Part shown: positions 11,144 to 22,309 of the stretch, one piece after another
How positions within the stretch are numbered: the first letter of the stretch is position 1
Layout: every line of letters starts with the position of its first letter
Source of the DNA: Sedimentisphaerales bacterium
GTDB lineage: Bacteria > Planctomycetota > Phycisphaerae > Sedimentisphaerales > SM23-30
Assembly (NCBI GenBank): GCA_963663965.2
Contig: CAXXFK010000028.1
Coordinates: forward strand, 160,001 to 224,000
Reading direction: 5' to 3'
DNA length: 64,000 nt
Notes under the pieces: model-generated
What the model saw: only the letters and a program-made list of their open reading frames with translations
The model's database searches: none
What the model was told of the DNA's origin: nothing
Translations under genes and position numbers: made by a program

Positions 11144-12278
11144 ATGAAGCAGTGTGTGATTGTCAGTTTGAAATACGCACCGGGTTTGTTTAAAGAGTTT
11201 CGATTGTTGGGGAAGAAGCTGGCGGAGTTGGGGTGCCAGGTGCGCTATCTGCTGGCGGAAGGGTATCGAGAGCAGACTGACAGAGCTGGGTGAAGGGGCG
11301 TGCGAATTTTTTTTGCGGGGGGCGGACAATGGGGGATCTGGTCTGGGAGGCGAGTTGGGTTGGGGAGAGGGCGAGCCGGTATCTGTGGTGCCGGGGGCTG
11401 TTTCTGGAAGCGGCGCCCGGATTTTGTGTGCTGCCTATAATACCCATCCAGCTGAACGCGATGGTGTCGCGGTTGGCGTCTGAGGCACGGCCGGATGGGG
11501 TGGCGGGCGATTTTTTTGCATGAGCCGGCCAAGCCGGGCCACGCCGCGTATGGCTGGAGGCAGCGGGCGTTGTTTGGGGCGGTGGCATGGATGCAGCGGC
11601 GGGCGTTGCGGTATGCGAGTGATGTCATCGTGCCGTCGCAGGTGGCGCGGGAACGGTTGGAGGCTGGCGGTATTCGGTTTAGTGGACGGGTGCATGAATG
11701 CCGGTTGCTGCTGGAAGATATCGAGGTGACGGAAGCGGGGCCGCGGCGATACTTCAGTATGGTGGGGCGGTTTTAACGCGACCAAGCCGCTGGATGCGTT
11801 TATCCGAGTGATTAACGAGTCAGCCAGGCGGGGATTTGGTTATGAATTTCAGATTGTGACGGCGAGCGAGATTGGGCGTTGGGTGGGGGAGTTGACGCCT
11901 GATGGGCGGGCGCGGACACGGATTGTTAATCCGGCGGTGTTGAGCGATGAGGCCATTGCCCGGGCGTTGAAGGAAAGTGTAGCGGTGCTGTGTCTGCATG
12001 CGAATGTGACCCAGAGCGGGGTGATTCCGATGGCGCTGATGCAGGGAACGCCGGTGATGGTGCGGGATGAGGCGGGCTTGACACAGCATGTGCTGGAGGG
12101 CGAGACGGGGAAGGTGGTTGGTGGAGAGTTGGAGCCGGAGGAATTACTTGCGGCGATGGCAGCGGTGGAGGGGAATCAACCGGCGATGTCAGCGGCGGCG
12201 CGGCGGGTGTATGAGGCGGAATTTGATGCGGGTTGCTGGGCAGGCCAGTATGGATGGCTGATTGATTTGTTGGGGTAA
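11144..12278 (+). CDS. GT4-like glycosyltransferase, frameshifted
   Basis: FLHEP, TQSGVIPMALMQGTPV, GETG. Confidence 0.72.
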
Positions 12279-12487
12279 TAGGTGGAAATTACACGTTTAT
12301 CTGGGATGTCAATATTCAGTCATATTACTGTAAAGACTTATTTAAGAATGAGATATGTATTTTTAATGTTAGGAGTGTCTGGCAGTTTGGAAAATTCGAA
12401 TTTTTAGATAAATCGCCTTGACAAATAGTGCGATTGTATTAATATATTGGTTCTCTGAACAAAATTTCAGAGCGAAAAAGTAAATAT

Positions 12488-12560
12488 TCCCTGATAGCTC
12501 AATTGGTAGAGCGAGCGGCTGTTAACCGCTAGGTTCCAGGTTCGAGCCCTGGTCGGGGAG
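12488..12560 (+). tRNA. tRNA-Asn (GTT), no encoded CCA
   Basis: Acceptor TCCCTGA/TCGGGGA+G, D-arm, anticodon arm GCGG-CTGTTAA-CCGC, T-loop TTCGAGC; TTGACA at 12418 upstream. Confidence 0.97.
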
Positions 12561-12568
12561 TTTTTATA

Positions 12569-12605
12569 AGGCCTTGTAAAAAAGTGTTTTACGAGGCCTT
12601 TTTTT
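12569..12605 (+). terminator. Intrinsic terminator after tRNA-Asn
   Basis: AGGCCTTGTAAAA...TTTTACGAGGCCT hairpin followed by a T run. Confidence 0.75.
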
Positions 12606-12667
12606 GTATCTTTATTACTAATGGATCTGCTAGAAACAGCTGCAAACCGCTGTTAAACGCTCTATTC

Positions 12668-12689
12668 TGCTGCAAAATCTGCTGCAAGT
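12668..12689 (+). repeat. Candidate integrase arm-type sites (left)
   Basis: TGCTGCAA twice with 12-bp period; same pair at 54651-54672. Confidence 0.6.
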
Positions 12690-12872
12690 TTAATCTTCAC
12701 TTTTTACCCATAGACAGGTTTTAGAACAATTAAAGTTTTCTGATAGACTTTGTTTGTATGGCTTAGGGTGCAAAAATTATTATCCTATAATTTACTTATA
12801 AGCAGACACTTAAAGAACGTTCGGATGAACATAATTGCGGTTTTTTTGCTGATTTGATAGACTTTTGGGACT

Positions 12873-13041
12873 ATGAAACAGCGGATATGGATCACCCTTG
12901 CGACGTATATTGCCTACTGCATCAATAAAGAACTCTATCAGGCGATTGAGTATCTCAAAACTCAGGTGGAAGTCTTGATTGAACAACAAGAGCAACAGAA
13001 CAAACGCATTCTGTTGACCAATCCTCAACGGACAAGAATGG
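12873..13041 (+). pseudogene. N-terminal remnant of an rve integrase/transposase
   Basis: MKQRIWITLATYIAYCINKELYQAIEYL matches the N-terminus of 13252-14331; similarity stops at 13041. Confidence 0.85.
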
Positions 13042-13251
13042 CCGTACCGTACATTTATTCATACATAGTTAAATCTTTGCTCATTAACATGTTAATACTC
13101 AGAAGTTGGGCCGAAAAAAACTTAACTATACCGAACTTGTTTTAAATGATTTGCCCATAGTAATTCAAATCGATTCATTTACTGTAAAGATTGGTTTGCT
13201 CCGAAGACACTACCTGTGTCTTATTCCAATGTTGAATCCACCCTGCTGCTC

Positions 13252-14331
13252 TTATGCAGCCAACCTGTGATAAGACTTCAACAGCCCACCCAAACGCTCA
13301 ATGCAAACAATCTCAGAGGTCTTATCAGTCTCATGTTTGGGCGCAATGATTCGACCTAACGATTGATGAATTCTTTCGTGATGATAATATTTTTGGAATT
13401 CGCTAAGAACATAATCAAGCTGTTTAACCGATGACAGTATCAGGTAATTCAAACACTCATATTTGACTGTTTTCACGAATCTTTCCGCGATGGCATTCAA
13501 GTCTGGGCTTTTTGCTGGAAGCTGGATCGGTTCGATGCCAGAGCTTCTCAGCATTTCATGAAAACCTTCTGATCGATACAATGGATCACGATCATGGATG
13601 AGATAGCGTTTCCCTTTTAGAAAACCATCCTCGCAGTCAGTAAGGATTCGTGCAACCTGTTTCATATACTGACCATCAGGCTGAAGTTGAATAGGAGCGA
13701 AGAATACTCTTCTGCTGGAAAATTCAATGGCAAAGAAGACCGTGCAACGAATCAGTTTACGCCCGACCAGAAGCTCAATGGTGAAAAAGTCGCATGCGGC
13801 CATGACCTCCCAATGGCTTTTTAAGAATTCATGCCAGGTTGATCTAACGATCAGATCAGGTTCCGGATCATAGCCGTTTTCAATGAGAATATTTTTGACC
13901 GATGATTTGCTAATCTCAAAACCAAGATACTCCATTTGATCTTTGATTTTCTCATAACCCCATCGAGGATTTTCCTTCTTGAATCTGATGACCAGATTGA
14001 CTATTTCAGTTGTTATCGGTGGTCTGCCTACTTTGCCCCGTTTGGAAGAACCATCGTACTTTTCAGCGATGAGTTTGTTAAACCACCGAATCACCGTGTC
14101 TGCTGTAAACAACTCGGTGCATTGCTCAAGCACTTTCCGGCTGAGCCGTTTCGCTTTAGCAGCAATTCGCATTCGTTGAGTATTCGTCAAAATAATTCGC
14201 TTGTTCTGCTTTTCCTGGAGCTCAATCAGAACTCGAACCTGTTCTCGAAGATAGTCTATTGCTTGGTAAAGCTCCTTGTCTATACAATACGCTACGCAGG
14301 TAATCATTGTGAGCCAAAGATTGTTTTTCAT
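13252..14331 (-). CDS. rve integrase-core (DDE) transposase
   Basis: NPRWGYEKI HTH, ACDFFT, LIHDRD, SPDLNAIAERFV, YHHERIHQSL. Confidence 0.9.
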   Translation of the reverse strand: MKNNLWLTMITCVAYCIDKELYQAIDYLREQVRVLIELQEKQNKRIILTNTQRMRIAAKAKRLSRKVLEQCTELFTADTVIRWFNKLIAEKYDGSSKRGKVGRPPITTEIVNLVIRFKKENPRWGYEKIKDQMEYLGFEISKSSVKNILIENGYDPEPDLIVRSTWHEFLKSHWEVMAACDFFTIELLVGRKLIRCTVFFAIEFSSRRVFFAPIQLQPDGQYMKQVARILTDCEDGFLKGKRYLIHDRDPLYRSEGFHEMLRSSGIEPIQLPAKSPDLNAIAERFVKTVKYECLNYLILSSVKQLDYVLSEFQKYYHHERIHQSLGRIIAPKHETDKTSEIVCIERLGGLLKSYHRLAA

Positions 14332-14646
14332 CGTAGCCAGATGCTAACAAATCGATAGTAATTCTGCAATAACGTTCATACGAACGCATTTTATGTCCAT
14401 GTTTTAAAAGAGGTTATGGAAAGTAAATTTATGTACCCCACGGGTAAAATCTCTGGCATAGGTGTGTTCCCTTTTTTAAGGAAAAATGATTCGCAAAACA
14501 TTTTATAACACACCTATTTTACGGTTTTGACCCAAAATAGCACGCTATAACTCCGACTCTTTTACATAATCTTTTGAAATCTATAGGGTTAAAGCTACGG
14601 ACAGGCTCTAGGTAACTTTAACAGACCAATTAGCCTTTCTTCAACA

Positions 14647-14697
14647 TGGTCGATTTTAAACTGCCCCCTCGTGGTCGATTTTAACCGCCCCTTGACA
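14647..14697. mobile_element. IS21-like terminal remnant
   Basis: Tandem TGGTCGATTTTAA-(A)C(T/C)GCCCC repeats ending in TGACA. Confidence 0.5.
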
Positions 14698-14874
14698 CCC
14701 CGCCGCACTTTTGCTCCGGCGTTTACAACCTGACCCAGTCCGAGAAAGAAAAGGGCAGACATAGAACTGTAGAAGCCTCTTGCCTAAGGTCATGCTGATA
14801 GCAAAATATATGGATGGTATCAAGCAATTACCGTATGATCAAATTGCCACCCACAATTTTTAAAAATAGCTCGT

Positions 14875-15057
14875 TTATGCCCCTGAACAGTCTTTGGAAA
14901 CATCCTTTTGATCATTAGATGTCTGATTTTTGTACACATTCACTACTGTGTCAACATGTTCTGCTTCAGTGCTACACTTAGGATAACCACAAACGCAGGA
15001 ATCGCATTGAAGTGAATTTTCCAGATTTTCATGTGATTTTATCTTTTTAATAATCAT
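14875..15057 (-). CDS. Cys-rich 60-aa putative RiPP precursor
   Basis: GAGGT RBS; MIIKKIKS leader-like start; CDSCVCGYPKC core; divergent from four radical SAM genes. Confidence 0.65.
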   Translation of the reverse strand: MIIKKIKSHENLENSLQCDSCVCGYPKCSTEAEHVDTVVNVYKNQTSNDQKDVSKDCSGA

Positions 15058-15589
15058 ATCTTACCTCTGTGATATTAAGTGTTTATATTTGAGTCTGCCC
15101 AGACAGCAAATTCATATAATTCAACGGTATAGTCTATAAAGGGTATTTCAATTAATAAAAATCAACTTGATAAGTCCAAAACATCTAGGTGATATAAGTT
15201 TATTTTAAATTGTTTTGATGGTATGAATTTTTAAGCGCCTTAACTTATTATCTACTAATAACACATATACCCAAAAGAAAATCAAAAAATACACAAAAAA
15301 ATCAAATAATTATTATGAAGATACTCTAGCAATTCTTATAATTAGATTGTTATCTGATCAATGTCAAGTAATATTTTTACAAAAGTGTCAACATTCTACG
15401 TTCACGTTGAGTAATAATAAACTTGTTATAAAACCATAGAATTGGTAAAAAATTGTATATTTATAGCCGTGAAAAACAATAGATAATAGTTATAAGAAAA
15501 TTAGACTATCGATAGTCTATATTACAACTTAAATAGATGTAGGGCATATCCCAAGAGTGCAAATATAGCGATTAAGCAATTTACAGAAG

Positions 15590-16744
15590 ATGAAAAAGAA
15601 AATTTTTATGAAAACGGTAGGCTGTAACAGAAGGGAGGCAGATAGTCAACGATTAAAGAACTACTTCATTGCAAACAATTGCCAACTTGTTACAAGGGAA
15701 GAGAGGGCAGATGTCATTGTGCTTATAGCATGCGCCTTTACAAAAGCTTTTGAAGATCAGTGTTTCAACCTGATTGAAGAATATCAGAGGCTCAATGCTG
15801 AATTAATTGTGGCAGGTTGTCTTCCAGCAATTGCGCGGGAAAGACTCAATAGAATTTTTTTAGGAAAATCGTTATCGACAAAGAAACTATACTTAATCGA
15901 CAGGCTCTTTCCAGAATTTTCAATAGAATTCCAGAGTATACCAGATCTTGCCGTCCCGTTTACTTTTAGGCACAAGGCATCAATTAGGCTACCCATCTGG
16001 TTAGCTAGTAGGCTGAATAAAAAATGGCACGCCAATAGTATAGTAAATTTCAGAATCAGCAGTGGTTGCCTCGGAAATTGCGCGTATTGTGGCATTCGAG
16101 AGGCCATCGGACCACTCCGGAGCAAACCTCTAAAAAAATGCATGCAAGAACTCGATTTTTTGTTGAAACTAGGATATCGAAGAATTTACCTCATTGGTGA
16201 TGACGTTGGGGCTTATGGGCAAGATATAAATACAGACTTGAATGATTTCTTTCAAGAATGCCGAAGGAATGCCATTAGATATGGTATAACTTGGGAGGGC
16301 ATAAGCGATATGCATCCGCAATGGTACATTAAATATGAAGGCATACTTATGGAAGAAATTCGGAGCGGTCGCATAAAAAGCATGGTATGTGCTATCCAAT
16401 CGGGGAGCGCCCGAATACTAGAAAAAATGAACAGACCTGGTAATATAAAAGAAATCGAGAGAATTTTATCTCGATTCAGAAACGAAAATAAAAAATTAAA
16501 GATAAGTGGGCATGTTATTATTGGATTTCCGGGAGAAACAAAGGACGATTTTATGGAAACGTTTTATTTCTTGAAGCGCATTCGCTTTGACCATGTGGCG
16601 ATAATTCCGTATTCTGACAGAGATGGTAGCTTATGTCGAAATTGGGAAGAAAAAATACTTGCGTCAACTATTCAAAAAAGGATCCAATTTGTTGAAAAGA
16701 ACTTGGCTCAGGAGAACCTCAAGTTCGAAATCTTGCCAAACTAA
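15590..16744 (+). CDS. MiaB/RimO-like radical SAM methylthiotransferase, no TRAM domain
   Basis: TVGCNRR, IACAFT and VAGCLP N-terminal cysteines; GCLGNCAYC; IQSGS; IIGFPGET; ends at 384 aa. Confidence 0.82.
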   Translation: MKKKIFMKTVGCNRREADSQRLKNYFIANNCQLVTREERADVIVLIACAFTKAFEDQCFNLIEEYQRLNAELIVAGCLPAIARERLNRIFLGKSLSTKKLYLIDRLFPEFSIEFQSIPDLAVPFTFRHKASIRLPIWLASRLNKKWHANSIVNFRISSGCLGNCAYCGIREAIGPLRSKPLKKCMQELDFLLKLGYRRIYLIGDDVGAYGQDINTDLNDFFQECRRNAIRYGITWEGISDMHPQWYIKYEGILMEEIRSGRIKSMVCAIQSGSARILEKMNRPGNIKEIERILSRFRNENKKLKISGHVIIGFPGETKDDFMETFYFLKRIRFDHVAIIPYSDRDGSLCRNWEEKILASTIQKRIQFVEKNLAQENLKFEILPN

Positions 16745-17492
16745 GCCAAGAGATAGCAAGGGTTTCGTCGATAATTAGGCAGCCCTATTATGTCGCATTC
16801 TGACTTTTTACGATACCTTGACCGCCTTTAAGAATATAGACGAGTATAATATACCATTCTTATTTTATTATAAAGATGGCAAATGACAGGTTGTATTCAA
16901 CCTGTTCTAATGAAAATATATACAATTAAATTAGATTCGCTAACGGTTTTTAATAACCCACAAATGAATAATAATCTCTTTAGTATGAAATCAAAAAACA
17001 GCAGGTTATATAAGCGCTCAATCTTGACATTTTGTTTGACATATTAATGCAAAGCAGTGTATGTCTATTAACAGTTGCATTAAATTTTCGTTTTTCTGAG
17101 CAGGATTAGTTCTTGAGAAGGATTTTTGCTTTAGCTGAGTTTTATTTGGTAGCGATAACAAATCCGAATTAGGAAATCACGAAATCTGAAAAGAAGAATA
17201 TGATTGATAAAAAAGAAGCTTATTCTGTAGGCGAATAAAAAGCCCTAAAATAATAAGAAGTCATCCTAAAATCCCTGATTTTAGTGTTATTCGCACTGAA
17301 AACGCAGTTAGGTATAGGTATTGGGATAGATTTTAGAAAGATTTAAGAAACACAAAAGGTATGTTTTTTCGGAAAGCAGTGGCCTTATGCTTTACAAGGT
17401 ATATTGACATATGTTTAAAATGAATAATATAGCATAAATAATGCAATTCTTCTAAATATAAACCACGGAGTCATAACTGGAGATAAAATACT

Positions 17493-18800
17493 ATGCTTTC
17501 GAAATATGCTAAACAGATTGAAATATGTAAAGGTGTATTTGCTATATTTAATTCCCTGATTTGTGAACCAGTTTATGTTAATGAAGAGGAACTTCAATTG
17601 GTTTTGAGTGGAGATACATCATCATTTCAAAAATCAGAAATTCAAAAACTATATGAATTAGGAATATATGCAAAAGACTCTGAGATTGATAAATTAGCTC
17701 TTAATACTTTACAAAAAATTTACCAGAAGACAACACAGAATATTGCTTTGATGTATATAATGCCAACGACTGCATGTAATCTTGCATGTAAATATTGTTT
17801 CATTGGGGCGCTTGACGATCAATCAAATTTTGTCAATATTAAATGGGAAACTATTAAAATCGCAGTTAATAAATTCTTCGACCACTTGAAAGATCATAAA
17901 ATTGAAGAGGGGAAAATCATGTTTTATGGTGGTGAGCCAACTATTGCTTGGGATTTGATTATTCAAACAGCTCAATATATACAGGATTGTGGTTTAAATA
18001 TAAAGATTGCCATGGTTACAAATGGTACACTGTTGACTGAAAAAGAAGTGCTCCAGATAAAAAAATATGGTATAAATTTCGGTATTTCCGTTGATGGTCC
18101 AAAAGATGTTACCGATTCTAACCGCGTTTTTAAAGGAAGCGCTAAAAGTGTTTACGATAAAGTGATGGAAACAGTTAGTCTTTTAATTAAATATGACTTA
18201 CCTGTATCATTGTCTGTTACCATATCACACCATGTATTAAAATATCAGGAAGAAATAATCCAATGGTTGATCACCACAAATGCGTCTGTTTGGTTCAATC
18301 TATTGCACTTTACTGAGGAAATTGACAGTTGGGAAAATTATTACAATCAAGCATCAATATTTTTGCTAATTGCACATGAAGCTTTCGCTAAACATGGAAA
18401 AAATGAAGGGCGAATAGATCGTAAGATTGATTCTTTTCACAATAGAAAGTTTAAGTTTGCAGACTGTGCAGCAATTGGCGGTAATCAGATCACGATTTGT
18501 CCAAATGGCGATATGTGTATTTGTCACGGATATTGGAATTCAAACCACTACAAATGTGGCAATATACATACATCCGATTTTAAAGATGTTTTTAAAACCA
18601 ACGAATATATACATTGGCTGGAAAATGCAACAATTAATAAAGAAGATTGTTTAAATTGTGAAGCAATATTTATTTGTGGTGGCGGCTGCGCAATGCAGGC
18701 TGAAGCCTTATTTGGTGAACGTCAGAAGATTGACCGAAGTTTTTGTATCCACACAAAATCTGCATTGAAATGGCTATTACTTAATCATTATAAAAGCTGA
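17493..18800 (+). CDS. Radical SAM/SPASM peptide maturase
   Basis: ACNLACKYC, FYGGEP, SVDGP; SPASM DCAA...PNGDMCICH...CLNCEAIFICGGGC...FC; N-terminal RRE-like extension. Confidence 0.88.
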   Translation: MLSKYAKQIEICKGVFAIFNSLICEPVYVNEEELQLVLSGDTSSFQKSEIQKLYELGIYAKDSEIDKLALNTLQKIYQKTTQNIALMYIMPTTACNLACKYCFIGALDDQSNFVNIKWETIKIAVNKFFDHLKDHKIEEGKIMFYGGEPTIAWDLIIQTAQYIQDCGLNIKIAMVTNGTLLTEKEVLQIKKYGINFGISVDGPKDVTDSNRVFKGSAKSVYDKVMETVSLLIKYDLPVSLSVTISHHVLKYQEEIIQWLITTNASVWFNLLHFTEEIDSWENYYNQASIFLLIAHEAFAKHGKNEGRIDRKIDSFHNRKFKFADCAAIGGNQITICPNGDMCICHGYWNSNHYKCGNIHTSDFKDVFKTNEYIHWLENATINKEDCLNCEAIFICGGGCAMQAEALFGERQKIDRSFCIHTKSALKWLLLNHYKS

Positions 18801-18835
18801 CAACATTTTATTGGTCACTATTACGATAAATTAAT

Positions 18836-20095
18836 ATGAAGATTAAAACTATAATCATAGTTGCCATTAACTGTCCGGGGTATTACTCTCTTGCAGTCCA
18901 TTATTTAAAGCTATATTCAGACTCCGATCGCTATCTAAGAAAAAGATGCAAAATTCTTACAGCAGAATACAATACTAATACGGATAATAATTTCATTATA
19001 AATGAACTTACCAAGCTAAAACCTGATTTGGTCGCTTTTTCATGTAATATTTGGAATATTCAAAAAATTATTCCCATCTCAAAGATAATGAAAGAGTCGT
19101 TTCATAACTTAAAAATCATCTTTGGTGGACAGGAAGTTTCAAATTCATCCATCGATTACCTTGCACTTCATTCATTTATCGACATTGTAGTTGAGGGAGA
19201 AGGCGAAAAAACGTTCAAAGAAATAGTTTATTCAATGATCGAGGATAATTATGATTCTTTAAATACAATTAGTGGGACACACTACAGACATCAGGATGAA
19301 CTATTTTATAATCCGAAATCAAATAATTTAGTTGATCTTAACCTATTGCCTTCTCCATATCTAGAGGGAAGGATAATTAATCCTGATAATAGACACTTGG
19401 GAGTAATGATTGAACATGTTAGAGGGTGCCCTAATCAATGTGCATTCTGTTTTGAGTCAAAACGATATCAAAAACCAAGAGCATTCCCATTAGAACGAGT
19501 AAGCGAGGAACTGTCGTGGGCTAGATCAAGGGGATATAAAAATTATCATATCATGGATCCCACACTTTGCTTGAACAATACTAAAAAGATGTGGGAACTG
19601 AATAATATAATAAAAGAAGTATTTTTTAACTATGATTATATGATGTCTGTTGAAATTTACGCCGAAGGTATAACAGAGAAAAATTACCATTATCTTGACT
19701 GTTATAGTCATTTTGACATTGGGCTACAGACAATAACATCACAAACCAATAATAATATAAATCGTAGGTTAAATCTAGACAAGTTTATCGAAGGATTTAA
19801 TCTGGTACGAAAACTAAAAAAACAAACAAATATCTTTCTTATTTATGGATTTCCGGGCGATAATCATGATAGATTTTTAAAAGGAGTTTATTTTGTTGAA
19901 TCTTTAAAACCTTCAATTATTACCCTGAATAAATTATTAGTATTAAATGGAACACCCTTGCGGCATCATGCTGCTCAGTTTGATTTGCTATTTGAAACCA
20001 AACCTCCATATGAAGTTATTTCAAATTGTACTTATTCTGCTAGTGATATCAAAAAATCAGAATCCTTTGCTTATAAGTATTTAAAAGCAAGGTAA
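18836..20095 (+). CDS. B12-binding radical SAM protein (class B methyltransferase-like)
   Basis: AFSCNIWN, IIFGGQEV, GEGE, LPSPYL, RGCPNQCAFC. Confidence 0.88.
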   Translation: MKIKTIIIVAINCPGYYSLAVHYLKLYSDSDRYLRKRCKILTAEYNTNTDNNFIINELTKLKPDLVAFSCNIWNIQKIIPISKIMKESFHNLKIIFGGQEVSNSSIDYLALHSFIDIVVEGEGEKTFKEIVYSMIEDNYDSLNTISGTHYRHQDELFYNPKSNNLVDLNLLPSPYLEGRIINPDNRHLGVMIEHVRGCPNQCAFCFESKRYQKPRAFPLERVSEELSWARSRGYKNYHIMDPTLCLNNTKKMWELNNIIKEVFFNYDYMMSVEIYAEGITEKNYHYLDCYSHFDIGLQTITSQTNNNINRRLNLDKFIEGFNLVRKLKKQTNIFLIYGFPGDNHDRFLKGVYFVESLKPSIITLNKLLVLNGTPLRHHAAQFDLLFETKPPYEVISNCTYSASDIKKSESFAYKYLKAR

Positions 20096-20118
20096 AACTT
20101 TAATTATATGGTAACTAT

Positions 20119-21213
20119 ATGTTTTCCACATTAGATATTGAGGCGTTTGATATAAACTCTTTCCCATTTACACGAGGGCCAATATTCCTAGAAATACACC
20201 CGACTAATATATGCAATTCAGTTTGTGTATTCTGCAACCAACGTCATTTTAGAACTCAACACAACCAAATTGATTACGCATTTTTAATATCACTTTTAGA
20301 TGAACTCACAGACAAAGGTCTAAGGGTTCTAAGAATATCAGGAGGTGGAGAACCTACTATTTATCCACATATTTTAGATTTATTGGATTATATTCGACAA
20401 AAAAAAATTATTTTGTCTATGTTTAATACTAATGGTATTCTACTAAACAAAGAGTTAATAGTCGAGCTAACCAGAGTACCAACAAAAACCTTGTATCTTT
20501 CATTACAAGCACCTAATTCTCAAAGTTGGAATAAAATCACGGGCCAACCTTCGTATATTTATGATAGAATCATAAATAGTATACAGATGAATGTTGAATT
20601 TTTCAAAGAAACAAGCTTATTGGTTAGCTATGTATTACATGAGGATACTTACGAGGATCTCGAAAGCGGTATATTGCTTTGCAAAAAAAACAATTGGGAT
20701 GTAAATATCGTAGATTTAAATAATTATTCTTATAGCTCAGCCTTTCTTAGTAATATAGATAAGGTAGTAGAAAAATTAAAGACACTGAAGCAACTATACA
20801 ATAAAATATTTTACGGATTTGAAAATATACCAGAATTATTACCTATCTCAGATTGTGGTCCCCAGCAAAGCTGTATTCGCCAGACAAACACATTATCTGA
20901 TCAACAGATTTGTCTTGCACCTTGGTTTTCATCGTTAATAAGGCCTAATGGCGAAGTTTTCACCTGCTGTGCTTTGGGTGGAAAGAATAATTGTATTGGA
21001 AATATATACAATACTGATTTTACATATGTATGGAATTCTCAAAAATCTAAAGCCATAAAATTAGAAGCTATATCTCTTTTCTTCAATCAATCCAAAGATT
21101 ACTATCACGAATACATGTATTTATCAAATCAATGTTTGAGTTGTTGCCCAGTCCAGATAGGTTGTTTTTCGAATCCAGAAATAGTATCGCTTATAAGAGA
21201 GAAGATTAGATGA
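20119..21213 (+). CDS. Radical SAM protein with twitch/SPASM domain
   Basis: PTNICNSVCVFC, SGGGEP, CLAPW...PNGEVFTCC. Confidence 0.87.
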   Translation: MFSTLDIEAFDINSFPFTRGPIFLEIHPTNICNSVCVFCNQRHFRTQHNQIDYAFLISLLDELTDKGLRVLRISGGGEPTIYPHILDLLDYIRQKKIILSMFNTNGILLNKELIVELTRVPTKTLYLSLQAPNSQSWNKITGQPSYIYDRIINSIQMNVEFFKETSLLVSYVLHEDTYEDLESGILLCKKNNWDVNIVDLNNYSYSSAFLSNIDKVVEKLKTLKQLYNKIFYGFENIPELLPISDCGPQQSCIRQTNTLSDQQICLAPWFSSLIRPNGEVFTCCALGGKNNCIGNIYNTDFTYVWNSQKSKAIKLEAISLFFNQSKDYYHEYMYLSNQCLSCCPVQIGCFSNPEIVSLIREKIR

Positions 21214-21457
21214 CGAAAATCTTTTTGTACATTTACATTTATGATTATTCTTCCCTCGAAAGCTTCTGAATTAGACCAAGATCACAATACAAATTCTGAT
21301 AAAAAATATGCTTTATCCACTGCCTGAAATATCGAACAGTGACAACTATAAATAAGCCTATGAATGAACTTCTGATCAGAACAGAATTTCACTAGCTTTA
21401 TAGCCACCCCTGATCTCTTTTAACTTTTAGAAAATTTTCCCAAGAGCCTATCTTATC

Positions 21458-21964
21458 CCGTACCGTACATTTATTCATACATAGTTAAATCTTTGCTCAT
21501 TAACCAGTTAATACTTAGAAGTTGGGCCGAAAAAAAACTTAACTATACCGAACTTGTTTTAAACGATTGGCCCATAGTAATTCAAATAGATTCATTTACT
21601 GTAAAGATTGGTTTGCTCCGAAGACACGACACGTGTCTTATTCAAATGTGGAATCCACCCTGCTATTCTTATGCAGCCAACCGGTGATAAGACTTCAACA
21701 ACCCACCCAAACGCTCAATGCAAACAATCTCAGAGGTCTCATCAGTCTCATGCTTGGGCGCAATGATTCGACCTAACGATTGATGAATTCTTTCGTGATG
21801 ATATTATTTTTGGAATTCGCTAAGAACATAATCAAGCGGTTTAACCGATGACAGTATCAGGTAATTCAAACACTCATATTTGACTGTTTTCACGAATCTC
21901 TCCGCGATGGAATTCAAGTCTGGACTTTTTGCAGGAAGCTTTATTGGTTCTATTCCTGAACTTT
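21458..21964 (-). pseudogene. Second, partial copy of the 3' end of the rve element
   Basis: Near-identical direct repeat of 13042-13546; both begin CCGTACCGTACATTTATTC. Confidence 0.88.
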
Positions 21965-22080
21965 TGCTTTTTTAATAATCTACTAATTTCAGTTTTTATT
22001 CAGATCCTGCCCAGATCAGGCATCAGCCCCCTCTTTCCTTTGAAATGTTCTCTATCACCCTTTTTAAATTATCCTGAAAA

Positions 22081-22288
22081 TTAACGGGTATTGAGCCAAT
22101 GATTGACCAATATAAGCAAGTCATTGCTGTCAACGATCAAATCGCTCGTTAAGTCTGCCCGTTCGCACAAGCCGCAGTCGGACATCAGCCAGTGATTGGC
22201 AAATTGGGCGAAATCAATCAGATCAACCTGGCCATCGAGCTGCAAATCGCCGGGCAGAGGCAGCATGGTAAGATAGGCTTCAGCAAAA
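22081..22288 (-). pseudogene. Orphan C-terminal dockerin/EF-hand-like domain
   Basis: GDLQLDGQVDLIDFAQFANHWL...ADLTSDLIVDSNDL; 5' part cut at the IS256 end. Confidence 0.72.
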
Positions 22289-22309
22289 GGTAGCGTCAAG
22301 AATCTTTCG

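Noticed and set aside
4352..12278. Many split genes suggesting mass pseudogenisation or programmed frameshifting
   Set aside because: Several breaks fall at or near homopolymer runs and motifs continue in the next frame; sequencing indels are more likely.
16745..17492. Additional precursor peptides (e.g. MIDKKEAYSVGE near 17200)
   Set aside because: Very short and unsupported; cannot be told from chance.
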